Assembly: GCF_001447785.1 (NCBI RefSeq)
Contig: NW_015176087.1
Span: forward strand, 30,411-94,410
Reading direction: 5' to 3'
DNA length: 64,000 bases
Source of the DNA: Gekko japonicus
Taxonomy: Eukaryota
Position 1 is the first letter of the stretch; the number at the start of each line of letters is the position of its first letter. A program made the position numbers and the translations under genes. Positions 23,696 to 35,127 of the stretch are shown one piece after another. Below the pieces are notes generated by a model. That model was not told where the DNA came from. It did no database searches and worked only from the letters and a program-made list of their open reading frames with translations.

Positions 23696-25170
23696 AGGCG
23701 ACTTCTGGTTTTGGCACTCTAATAGTGGATGTGCCACTCGGGAGCTCCCAAGGGCTTGATCTGTGAACTGGTGGATGGAGAGGAGGTGTGATTGTATGCA
23801 CCCCCCTGGAACCCTTGCAAAGGGTTCCTAGCCATGGGGTGCCAAGGATCGCCTCTCCCCCAGCATGATGCCGGTGGATTGAGGTGTTCTGATGCCCTGA
23901 TGGTCTCACCACTGTGTTCCAGTACTGGACTCAGAGACGCACACCGGGACAAGCTGTGTAGAGGTCGAGCATTTTAGACAATAAATGGTGTGATCTACTT
24001 GATCTACATTAAAAGTGAGTTTGGTTGAAGCAAACACCAGATCATCGGCTGAAAGTCCCCTTTAAAGCAAGCAAGGGCAGGGCGGGAACCCCCTCCACTA
24101 AAATAAAAATGGACTTAAAACAGAAGGGGGGTGGAACTAAAAGTGAAAAGAGACTATATTAAAGAACTTACAAAAGACTTTGAGGTGATGCGCAGGCTTT
24201 AGAGACTTTTGGCAACTTTATTCTGAATGTAAACATCCTCAAAGATGTCACTGAAAAAGACAGTGAAAGATAAGCATCTGAAATCTAAGCCTTCTTCAGG
24301 AACTGCCAGCCCAGTGAGTGCGGTCACGTGGCCGGATGTAATCATAGAGTTCTCTAAGATGCTAACAGATGCTTTGCAACCTCTGCTGGAGCAAATGAAG
24401 ATGCTCAATGAAAATTTTGCTGCACAGCAAGAGCAGCTAAAAAAACAGAGCAAACAGCTGAGAACCTTAAAAAAATGGATGCCAACACTAAAAAGCTTAA
24501 AAAACAAATGCAGGAGATGGAAAAGAAGAGAAACTCAGATGAAGCCCAGCTTTTACAGCTGCAAATGGAAAAGGCAAGCTTTATTCTGAGATTTCAATGA
24601 GTTCCTGAGACTAAAGGAGAGAATCTAAAGTAGATCATGATTGATGCCTGGGACCGGTTACAGATTTAAAAGCAGATATTCTTCAAAGTGAGATGGATGT
24701 GATCTACAGATCATATTCAGACTTTATAAAGAAAAATAATCTGCCCGGTGGTTAGATTCTCCAGAAGACAAGTGAGAGATCAGATCTTAAAGGCAACAAA
24801 TGGAACTACCTTTATAATTGATGGCAAGGAGATAAGAGTTTTGAAAGACATTCCCTTTGAAATAAGAAAGAAGAGGAAAAACACAGAGACTTGGCTCTAT
24901 TTTTACAAAAGAATAACATCCCCTACAAACGGATTATATCTGAAGTTATACTCTTTAAATTTAAAGACAAGAGGGAAAAATTGATTCTGTTATGAAAGCT
25001 AGTGTGTTCTTGCAGCAGTAACTTGGACCATCAGAGGAAGAAGATGAGGAGAGTCATAAGGGAAGTGATGATGAAACACTTACTGGAGAAGACTCGGACT
25101 CAGAACGTGGGGCGGCGGCCCCTAAGCAAGGATATTGTTTAAGGAAGAGAAAAGACAAAAAATGAGATGC
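23696..25170 (+). mobile_element. L1 LINE 5'UTR + degraded ORF1
   Basis: GC-richer leader, then a coiled-coil-like N-terminus from 24245, LRFQ*VPETKGENL and VRFSRRQVRDQIL..IDGKEIRVLKDIPFEIRKKR (ORF1p RRM/CTD-like). Frameshifts and stops present. No ORF2 visible. Confidence 0.8.
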
Positions 25171-27537
25171 CAATACTTTCTGAGGTCTGTTTTTGTTTGT
25201 TATTAATATATAAACATTATTTTGTATTGTTCTTTAAGAAGTCAGAAGTCCTGGACTTGAAGCATATAAGCTTTTTCAATGATCACATTTAATGTAACCT
25301 AATACCTTTTTATTTTTACCACCACCTCTTGGGTTTTTCTTTTCTTTCTCCTGTAGTTTGTACTTCCCTGTCCCTATTTTCTTGTAGTGTTTTAGGAAAT
25401 AATAAAAAAGATGGTGAAAAGGCCTCCCACTCCCCTTTTCGGAAGCAGAAAAGCTGGTGGGGTCCCACCCTATGTGACCAATATGATAAACAAAGACATA
25501 CAATGGAAGACTGAGCTGTATTAAATCCTTGCAACATGCTCTGTACTGGATACCTTAGAAATAACCAGTCAAGGACTTTGACTTTCAAAAGTCAAGTGAA
25601 AGACAATTGGTTTTAATATTTCAGATACGAAATATGGAACCCAGTTTACTTCCCACAATGCTTTTTCTAGCATATACAGTAAATTACCTGCAACTTACTA
25701 GTTTGCAATTACTTTATGTTTGTCTTTGTGAATGAACCTTAATTTCTCCCATTGTGTATAAAAGCATTATGAAATGGGGCATATAAGTGTGGAATTGCAA
25801 CCCCAAGTGGCACTCCACAAAAAGGGGATGGATGGGTCATGTAGATTCCAGTTTCTCTCTGAACATTCTAAATTCTATGGACAGAACTGGACACCTAATT
25901 TATAGTTCCATATCAAAATGCATGGAGAACCTACACACTGGAGCCATGTGCGAACCTTATAGCAGACATATCTATTATTATGGACTGAGTTTGGAGGCAT
26001 CATGCTCCACATTCCACTAAAAAATACAGAATCACTCAGTAATGCTAGATCTTTGAAATAGTTTCACTTATTTCTACTGGACTTGCTTTGCAGAATATGT
26101 GTTTAACCTCCTATCCCCGGGACAATAAAACGTATTATTTTTGGAATACTTTATCTGATATGGATTCAGACTTATTGTAATGGCATCTGCAAGGTGGAAC
26201 AGCAGCTACCAGGTGAGGAGTCAAACTGTCTGAATAATGTCAGCCTTACCAGAAACCAGTGTTTCCATCCGCTCTTTGAGAGACTGAAATTTCCCCCATC
26301 ATTCTGAGACTTTCTTTTCCAAATATCCTAATCAAGCCTGTGAGTTGCCACTAATTTAACACCTTCCCAGAGTAAATGAGAGGACCCTGTGATGCTCACC
26401 TAGATATTCTGCCCATGCCTCAGAGAAACCAGCTCTGGTAACAGTTGTTTCCTTCTCATGATGAACACACACAAGAACTTTGCGTGAGGAAAATCCTATC
26501 TGGAGAATATTTTGCACACACACGATCTTCTTTTGCACAGCTCTTATGCCTTCCCAGTTACTAAATCGTTTGTGCTATATTCTGTGATAGTGAAGAACAA
26601 TTGATGTATGCTCCTGAACAAGTGGAATAGCATAAGAATCCTCAATAACAAAACAGAGTATCATGATGATGTACTGAACAAAGAAACATGGATATGTGCG
26701 AGAAAGATGGTAAAAAACAAAAACAAAAACACTTACTGCTTTAGAATTCTTCCAAGGCCTATAAACCGTACTCCTGAGTTCTTTCAGTATTTAGCTTGGG
26801 ATATCTTTATAGTTCTGCACTGTGGATAAAATCCATTGTCTGACTGTCACCATGAAAGGAACTGTAGTACCCAAGCTTGTTTTGCTAAAGGGGTTTACTG
26901 CTAATCATAAGCAGGGACAGAATCCTTGTTTGGGCTGGAAGTTTATCTCTGCTTCATGTACAAGGGGGCTTGGAGATTTTGACGCTGGAGCTTGTAGTAA
27001 TTAGTTCCTAGGGAACGGTAGCTATATCTAAATATTTTAAGTAACATTTATTGACTCAGGATGTTTCTTAACCTGCTTTTCTCCACAATGGGGACCCAAA
27101 ATGGCTCACAACAAAACCTGCCAGCAGTGCAGCGGGGACCAATTATTTCCCAGCCTACCTAAGCCGAGGCCTGGGAGGGCTGCTTTGTTGGATCAACTGG
27201 TCTCCTAGGTGCAAGCCTCCAAGCCCGGAATCCCTGCAAAGGCAACCTGACTTCAGGGAGAAGGACACTACCTTTCTCTGGAGCAGCTCAGAACCCATTA
27301 TTAATTAAAAACCAGCAGTAAAAACCCAGCCAGAGCATAAAAACATAAAACACCGAGCCACTTCAAATTAGTCATACACAATTCTCAGGCTAAAAGCAGG
27401 ATATAAAAACCTGTTAAAATCTACCCCCTTAATTAAAGCCCTGGGTAAAAACAAACAGTTTGGCTTGGCATCTAAAAAACAGTAGTGCAGGAACCAGGCT
27501 AGCCTAGAAAAGAGAGGCACTCCACAGGTCAGGTACC

Positions 27538-27740
27538 CAGTGTTCCCTCTAAGCTGAGTTAGTGTGAGCTAGCTCACAGTTTTTTAGCCTCCAGCTCACA
27601 CATTTTTCTCTTAGCTCAGGAAGAATAGCTCCAGAGCAAGCTAGTTTATGCAGTAGCCAAATTAATGCTCATAGCTTTAATGCCAGTAGCTCACAAAGTG
27701 GAATTTTTGCTCATAGGACTCTACAGCTTAGAGGGAACAT
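27538..27740. mobile_element. hAT-like MITE
   Basis: TIRs cagtgttccctctaagctg / cagcttagagggaaca. Confidence 0.75.
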
Positions 27741-27829
27741 ACCACCACTGAAAAAGCCTGTCTCTAGTTGCCACCTAACTCACCTCGGAAGATGGGACAA
27801 GGAACAGGGGTTTTAAGAAAGATCTAAAC

Positions 27830-28210
27830 CAGAGGTGTTGAACTCATTTGTTACAAGGGCTGGATCTGACATAAATGTCATTTTGTCAGGCCAGGCCAAG
27901 GCCATGTGTACCATAAGCTCTGAGTTGGTGTATCCTCACTGCAAGACCTGGGGGGGGGGGGGGGAAAAGGAGAACACCTTTGGGGTGGCCGGAATGGAGA
28001 TCCAGTGGTGCAGCACTGGGAAGATGCTCCCATGCTGCTTGACTGCTACAGATGAGGTTGTTCTGCCATGCTGAAGCCATAATTGGGGTGGCTCCACCCA
28101 CTCCCCCATGAATAGTCTCTTGTACCCTCCCTTGCACTAGTTTCTCGTGGGCCGCATAAGAGCACTGGATGGGCTAGTTCCACCCCCGAGCCTTATGTTT
28201 GACACCCCTG
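27830..28210. mobile_element. hAT (Charlie-like) MITE
   Basis: TIRs cagaggtgttgaac / gtttgacacccctg. 8-bp TSD atctaaac / atctaagc. Confidence 0.85.
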
Positions 28211-28259
28211 ATCTAAGCTGGTGGGCTGGACCATATCAGATTCGGAAATGATAAACCTA

Positions 28260-28546
28260 CAGTTTGGTGTAGTGGTTAAGTGCGCGGACTCTAATCTGGG
28301 AGAACCGGGTTTGATTCCCCACTACTCCACTTGCACCTGCTGATGTGACCTTGGGTCAGTCACAAGCTCTGGCACAGCTGTCCTTGAAAAACAGCTGTTT
28401 CTATCAAGAGCTCTCTCAGCCCCACCCACCTCACAGGGTGTCTGTTGTGGGGAGGGGAAGGGAAAGGAGTTTGTAAGCCGCTCTGAGACTCCAAGTGAAG
28501 GGCGGGGTATAAATCCAATCTCTTCTTCTTCTTCTTCTTCTTCTTC
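28260..28546 (+). mobile_element. Squam3-like SINE, well preserved
   Basis: Complete head with retained CpGs, body and (CTT)n tail. Confidence 0.88.
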
Positions 28547-28852
28547 ATGACTCTGGTCAATTCCAGACTCTGAGTACCTGTTTATCTTTAACAAAGGTAC
28601 TGTGTTTCCTTTACAATCATTCCGTGGGTCTTTTTCTGTCCACTGCATCTGGCAAGCTATCATCTATTTTATCTTGCTTTTTCTTTGAAGAGTTCAGTGT
28701 GGCCTGTATGCTTCTGACTTCTCTGTTTTATTCCTACAAAAATACTGTGAGGCTGAATAGGCTGTGAGAAAGCAGTTAGCTCAAGGAATGTATGGCTGAG
28801 TTGGAATTTGACTACTCTACTCCATTGCTCCAGTTACTCTGCCTATGCTTTC

Positions 28853-29217
28853 CTGTGTGGCAAAACCTTCATTAACAGTGCACCATTTACTTCTCATCAA
28901 AGAAACCATATACATGCCTGGAGTGTGGAAAAACTTTAGTCAGAGTGCACACTTTACATCCCATCATAGAATTCATACACTGGAGAAACTGTATGAATTC
29001 CTGGAGTGTGAAAAAACCTTTGGATGATAAGATAAATCAACTTCCCATCACAGAATTCACACCCAGGAGAAATCATATAAATGCCTGGAGTGTGGATACA
29101 GCTTCAAGATACAGCTACAGTTGCAATGGAAGCCTAACTTCCTATCAAATAATTCACTCAAGGGAGAAACTGTATATATTCCTGGAGTGTTGCAAAAACT
29201 TCAGCAAAAGTGCACAC
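28853..29217 (+). pseudogene. Degenerate C2H2 zinc-finger array (about 4-5 fingers)
   Basis: Repeating ~84-bp units translating to CGKTF..SHQR, CLECGKxFSQSAHFTSHHRIHTLEKLY, HHRIHTQEKSYKCLECG and IIHSREKLYIFLECCKNF (TGEKPY-linker pattern), with stops and frameshifts. Confidence 0.88.
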
Positions 29218-29844
29218 TAGGGATGTGCACAGTCCAGAAAAATTACAGTCCGTGGAGATCTGTGGGTCCATGAGGTTTATGGACCCCGGATCATGAACCT
29301 CCATGTTAACGGATTGGACCATGGGACACTGGACTGTGCCATTAAAATTTTAAATGGCTTTTGCAAAGGTGCCCGGCGCACTAGTGAAGGCTTGACCTTC
29401 ATATATCACATCCAGGTCAGGACAGCCAGGAAAGTTGCAACCTCTGACAGAATTAGCTCAGCCCCAGTAGAGGCAAGACTGGTGGGAAGGACCCTGGCCC
29501 CTCCTGACAAACAAGCTGCCAGATGAGCAACTGGCAGTGGAAGGTGGTTGGCTGAGTCTAGGAGAGGGGGAAAGAACCAGGGACACACCCTTGCCAGTGA
29601 TTAGCTCCTTGATATAAGGGGGGGAGAGGTGGAAACAGTTTAAAAGGAGAGAATTCCCTGAAGGTCAAGAGGATGCAAACTGGAGGGTTCCTTGTTACTG
29701 GAGCCATCTAGCCAGGGTCAGAGAGGACTTGGATCCCATTAACCCCTTCCCCTGTCTGAGGCCTGGGGAGACTCCCAAGCCAGATATTTTCCAAGCCAGA
29801 GATATCAACCCTATCAGGTGGCCATTTTTATAACAGTAGCATTG

Positions 29845-29891
<47 letters not shown>

Positions 29892-29895
<4 letters not shown>

Positions 29896-30770
29896 CAGTA
29901 AAGCCCGTTGTGAAAGCAATACAACGAGATCTAGAAAGAGGCTCTGGGGCAGTGCTCTGGCTTTGGGCAAACAGTGTCAATTTGCTGTGGTGACCTCAGC
30001 AGGGTATAATGACAGAGTCCACTGTTTTCTCCAGAGGAACTGATCTCTGCTACCTGAAGAGCAGTTGTAATTGTGAGTAATCTGTAGCCCTCACCTGGAG
30101 ATTGGCAACAATTGTTACCCAGGACAAAATGGCTGGTTTGGAGGGTGGAGTCTATGGCATTCTACCTGTCTGAGGTCCCACCCCTCTGCAAACCCCACCC
30201 TCTCCAGGCTCCACCCCTCAAATCCCCAGGAATTTGTCAGCATGTAGTTGGCAACCCCATCTCCTTCCCAGCTAGCCACCAACCTACCATTATCTGCCCC
30301 TTTGACTTCAGCTGACTTCTGCCCTCCCTTCTGCAGAGCAGTTGTAATTCTGAGTGCTCTCCAGCCCTCACCTGGAGATTGGCAACAATGGTTCCCTATG
30401 TGGGACTGACTGGTTTGGAGGGTGGAGTCTATGGCAGTGTACCTGTCTGAGGTCCCACCCCTCCTCAAACCTCACCCTCTTCAGGCTCCATCCCTCAAGT
30501 CTCCAGGAATTTCCCATCTGGAGTTGGCAACCCTATCAGGATTGGCCCCAATGTGTTTTCTCCCAAAGGCCAAAGTAGGTGACAGGACCAAGCTTAGTTG
30601 CCTACCAACAGGCACTGAGGGGAATGTAGGGTTGCCAGCTCTAAGGAGGGAAATACCTGGAGGTTTGGGGGGTGGATTCTGTAGAGGGCCGGGCAACGGA
30701 GGCATCGGCCTTCCGTCCCCCACCTCGCCCCCCCAATCTCGGCCCGGGCGTGTGTGTGTGTGTGTGTGTG
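29892..30770 (-). mobile_element. Non-autonomous Helitron-like element
   Basis: Minus strand ends cgttgt..acaacgggc-tttactg-CTAG|T (hairpin, then CTAG). About 280 bp is shared with 48090-48370. The 5' end is not defined. Flanked by (CA)n and (TG)n. Confidence 0.6.
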
Positions 30771-31078
30771 TATAGCATATATTATAATCTATAACAAAAT
30801 ATATGTATATATTTTCTTTTCTTCTTCTCTTCATATTATAATGGAATCATTTAGAAGATGTTTCAATAAAGGGAACAGGACTGCAGACTATACTACTGTA
30901 GCACATTATTATTGTTATAATATGTTTTATCTGTTGCTGTATGCATTAGCCAGCTCTCTGGCTGTCACTGCATTGCATTTCTATTTGTGTAATACCATTT
31001 TCTGCATGTTTAATGTGCTTTATTTAACACTTGTGCTTGCTTCAGAGATCTGCTTTGCACTCTGTATTAACTTACATT

Positions 31079-31602
31079 GGCTGCAGTCACACGGAGCATT
31101 AGGCATGCTAGAGGGCTGGAAGATAGGCAGATTTTCCGGGCGCGATCGCACCGCCACATCTGAGAAGCGTCGAGCTCCCGTGGTGAACCCGAGGCTTCCA
31201 GCGGAAGATGCGTGGTAAAAACTAGTACCTCGGAGGTACTAGTTTTCTGAAACTGTGGGGCAAGGGTGGGCGTCTGATCACTGTTCCGGTGGTATTTCCT
31301 GCGCCCACCCACGTCCCCTCGCAAAAGGTTTTTTCCCCTGAAGTCTCCACGGATGTGCACAAGCACCCAAGGAAGCATGTGCACATTTGAGTTTTTTAAA
31401 AAACCCAATCCTGTTTGCCCCGTGCCCCGCTTCTTTGCTGCGCTGCAGGACTGTGGAGTGATCGGCCCCTCCCCCCTACCACGGGACCTCCATGGGACCT
31501 CCACGGTAGGTCTGCTCACGCAGCCGTGCATTTTTTAGCCCTGGGGCAAACAGTCACGCTTCCCCCCTCCCCCCGCATTTTCCTGCCCGTGTGCCCGCAA
31601 CC
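31079..31602. mobile_element. PIF/Harbinger-like MITE, CpG-rich
   Basis: TIRs ggctgcagtcacacgg / ccgtgtgcccgcaacc with 3-bp flanking repeat att. Second copy at 53701-54219. Confidence 0.8.
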
Positions 31603-32906
31603 ATTATGTATTATAGTCTTAGTGAGAAAGACATACTATATATAACATAAATAAATGAATACATTACTTTCTAATGAGCTTAAGTTCCTGTGACTTCCAA
31701 ATTTTATTATAACTTCCAGAATTCTTGACATTGGAAAATCTTTCATTTTTATTTTAAGAAAAACATATGTTAAACATTTCCATTGTAATAATTTCCCATA
31801 AAGCTGGTATACCTGAAACTAGGTTGTGTGTATGTGTTGTAAACTGTAATTGTTATTTTTGAAGATCAATAAACCCTCCAGTAAAAAGAGTTAGAATTCT
31901 GAATATTTTTGATTGCATCGGCCACCATTACATTGAGAAATTCTATTTAATGGACATCAACACAATCTGTAAACTATCTCTTACAGTGTCAGAAGCTTGC
32001 AGTGAATCATCTTCAAACAGACAACAACATATGCACACGAACAAAAGAAACGTCTAGAAGAACACTAGGCAGCATGCTAGGGGACAGCTGACCTGAATTA
32101 AAATTCTTATATTTATTTTCAACTCTGGCTTCCAACTCAGTCTTTATTATAAGTGAAAATATTGTGAGGACTTGATGGAGGGATCTCATTGTACGATTCC
32201 CTCTGACATTTCCTTTTTGCCTTCTGAAATGCTTGCAGATTCTCTTGTTTCCTTCTCTCCCAGCGACTTACGTCTTCTGTTCCCCCCCAGCAGCCTCTGC
32301 CTTCTCCCTTACATACCTTATACCTCCCCATTTTCAGCTTCCATTTTTTTTTACCTTTTCTGCTCCTACTCTCGTCAGCTTTACATTCCAATCATCCTGT
32401 ATTTTACTTTTTTAGGATGCCTTTATCCCTTCCTCAAAAGAGGCAGAAATGTCGGAAACAGCTAAGGGGTGGGGCACGGAAATGTCGGAAACAGCTAAGG
32501 GGTGGGGGATGTTTATGGCATGCAAAGGAACTCATGCCAATCCCTCTTACGGGCCAATGGCATAACAGTATAACAGCAGTTTTATATGTTCTGGGGATTC
32601 AAACAGCTTGAATGGTCTGATCTAGGATACATGAAATATTGAGTCTGAAAAGCAATGGATCGTTTCTTGCAGCAACTTTTTAAAATATATCCTATTAATC
32701 AGACATGCAGATACTTCTCAAGAATCATCTTATATTGGCAGATGCAATGGGAGAGGGATGTAATTCTGATTTTAAATGTCACTACCACATTGAAAACTAT
32801 GCGAAAATAACACACTACTCTGAAAAGCTTCCCTTCAGAATTATCCATGCACAAAGTAAAATAGTAGGTTTTACTGATATCCTCTACTTTCTCAGTGAAC
32901 TTTTGG

Positions 32907-33905
32907 CTATGAAAATTCTTTTTTCTTTGACAAATTATGCTTGGGAACTAGATTGATAAGAGGAAACCTTGCTTTTCTTCCTGGAAAAATGCCACATTGT
33001 AACATTTTCCATAGTGCAGCTTTGATGTCCCTGTTCCTCATTGTATAAATGATAGGATTCATCAGTGGAGGTACCACAGAATACAGTACAGCAAACACCA
33101 GATCCAGATCTGAAGGGGATTGTGCATTTGGCTTCAGGTAGGCAAAGCTTCCAGTGCTGATAAACAAGGAGACCACAATAAGGTGGGGTACACATGTTGA
33201 GAAAGCTTTATTCCTTCCCTGTGTGGTGGGGATTCTGAGCACTGACTTGAAAATGTGCACGTATGAAACAATTATGAAACCAAAGCAAGACAAGGCTATA
33301 AGTGTACTGAAAACAAGAACTCCAAATTCAATGAGGTACATACTGTCACAAGATACTTTCAGTAGTTGTGGGATCTCACAGAAGAACTGGTTGATGACAT
33401 TGGAGCAGAAGGTGATAGCAAAAGTACTACTGGTGTGTATGCCTGAGTAAAGAAGACCAGCAACCCATGCACTGGTTGCCATCTTGATGCAGACTTTTCT
33501 ATCCATGACTGCCTCGTAGTGTAGTGGGTCACAGATGGCAACATATCTATCATAGGCCATGCCCGTGAGGAGGAACAAGTCTGATATCAAGAAAAAGAAC
33601 AAGGAATACACTTGTGCTACACATCCAGAATACGAAATTTCCCAGGTGTTCAAGAGGGAATTAATCATGGCATTTGGGATGGTGACAGATATGGATCCCA
33701 GATCAACGACAGATAAATTCACCAAGAAAAAGTACATGGGCGTATGTAGCTGCTGGTCCAGGGACACAGCTGAAATGATGAGCAAGTTTGCTGTCAGAGC
33801 TGCCAAGTAAATCACCAATAAAAGAATGAAGTACAATACATTTTGCTCCCAGGTGTCAGAGAAACCCAAAAGAAGGAAAGTTGTAACAGTGCTTGAATTG
33901 GGCAT
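32907..33905 (-). CDS. Olfactory receptor, class II, OR14-like (OR-4), 332 aa, intact, long C-tail
   Basis: MPNSS sequon, LHTPMYFFL, MAYDRYVAICDPLHY, FFCEIPQLL, KAFSTC, PLMNPIIYTMRNRD. Confidence 0.96.
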   Translation of the reverse strand: MPNSSTVTTFLLLGFSDTWEQNVLYFILLLVIYLAALTANLLIISAVSLDQQLHTPMYFFLVNLSVVDLGSISVTIPNAMINSLLNTWEISYSGCVAQVYSLFFFLISDLFLLTGMAYDRYVAICDPLHYEAVMDRKVCIKMATSAWVAGLLYSGIHTSSTFAITFCSNVINQFFCEIPQLLKVSCDSMYLIEFGVLVFSTLIALSCFGFIIVSYVHIFKSVLRIPTTQGRNKAFSTCVPHLIVVSLFISTGSFAYLKPNAQSPSDLDLVFAVLYSVVPPLMNPIIYTMRNRDIKAALWKMLQCGIFPGRKARFPLINLVPKHNLSKKKEFS

Positions 33906-34448
33906 TTCCTTGCACAGACTTTTCCTGGATTGCTGTTGAGTGAAAAAAAGAGAGGAAAGCTTGATTCAGATTTTATTGATGAAGAGGATTGTCTCACAGG
34001 GTAGGGTCCAGCCATCTTTTTTTTTTTGCTCAGTTTCACCCAATTCTCCTCTTTACTTCAGTCCTGGAAGGTCCCATTATCCCCAGTCAAAGTGGATCCC
34101 CCCTTCCTTTCTGCCCAACAGAAAAGATGGTTGGCCCCAATGCAATAACTTTTATTTCACTTGTGTTGTTTATAATGTTTGAAACTTGCAGGTAGCTGTG
34201 CTATGCATAGATATTCTAGAATGGATTTCTCTATATGTTTTCGTGCTCTGGAAACTTACTGAAGGCAAAAGTATGACAGCCACAGTAAAAGATAGAAGCC
34301 ATTGTCTTACACTACCGTATGTGCACATGTGTGTGTGATTTACATGAAACTGGCCAGAGAGTTTTATCTCCTGAAAAATGTTTGTACATATAAACTAGTA
34401 AAGAGATGTCCCCTCATCGAACCAACATCAAATTTCTCTGAGCTTTCG

Positions 34449-35127
34449 AAGTGGTACAATAAAACCAAATGAGTTGTGCTTGGTAACATGTCATTTTTAA
34501 CTACAAGACGGAAAGGGGGCAAAAAGAAAAAGATTGTTTACAAGCAGAGAGAAAGAGATGGGACTGAAGGTGACCAGCTTTTCTGTTGGCAAATTTGGTA
34601 TCAGAATATAAGTGATAATTTTTGTGGTCCTTTGTTTTTTGCTTAGTATTGCTTGCACTGAAGATCAGCCTTTTCCTGTTTCCTAATAAATCAGTTTCTC
34701 ATTTTATCCAGTTTGGATGTAATGATGAAGTGTATTTTTTAAATGTTTATAGAATAGGAATCCATAAAAGGAATAAACCGTGTTTTGGAAAAGTGGTACA
34801 ATAAAACCAAATGAGTTGTGCTTGGTAACATGTCATTTTTAACTACAAGACGGAAAGGGGGCAAAAAGAAAAAGATTGTTTACAAGCAGAGAGAAAGAGA
34901 TGGGACTGAAGGTGACCAGCTTTTCTGTTGGCAAATTTGGTATCAGAATATAAGTGATAATTTTTGTGGTCCTTTGTTTTTTGCTTAGTATTGCTTGCAC
35001 TGAAGATCAGCCTTTTCCTGTTTCCTAATAAATCAGTTTCTCATTTTATCCAGTTTGGACGTAATGAAGTGTATTTTTTAATGTTTATAGAATAGGAATT
35101 CATAAAAGGACTAAACCATGTTTTGGA
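34449..35127. repeat. Near-perfect ~342-bp tandem duplication upstream of OR-4
   Basis: Units start aagtggtacaataaaacc at 34449 and 34791. Confidence 0.95.

Larger units (their letters stand above)
27030..28245 (-). mobile_element. L2-type 3' region interrupted by two MITEs
   Basis: tttatt..ctgcttttctcc..ggggacccaaa tail and ccaccactgaaaaagcc motif like the other L2 ends here. Confidence 0.55.

Noticed and set aside
28260-28330. tRNA gene (also at 2881, 4653, 10935)
   Set aside because: These are tRNA-derived SINE heads followed by SINE bodies and simple-repeat tails.
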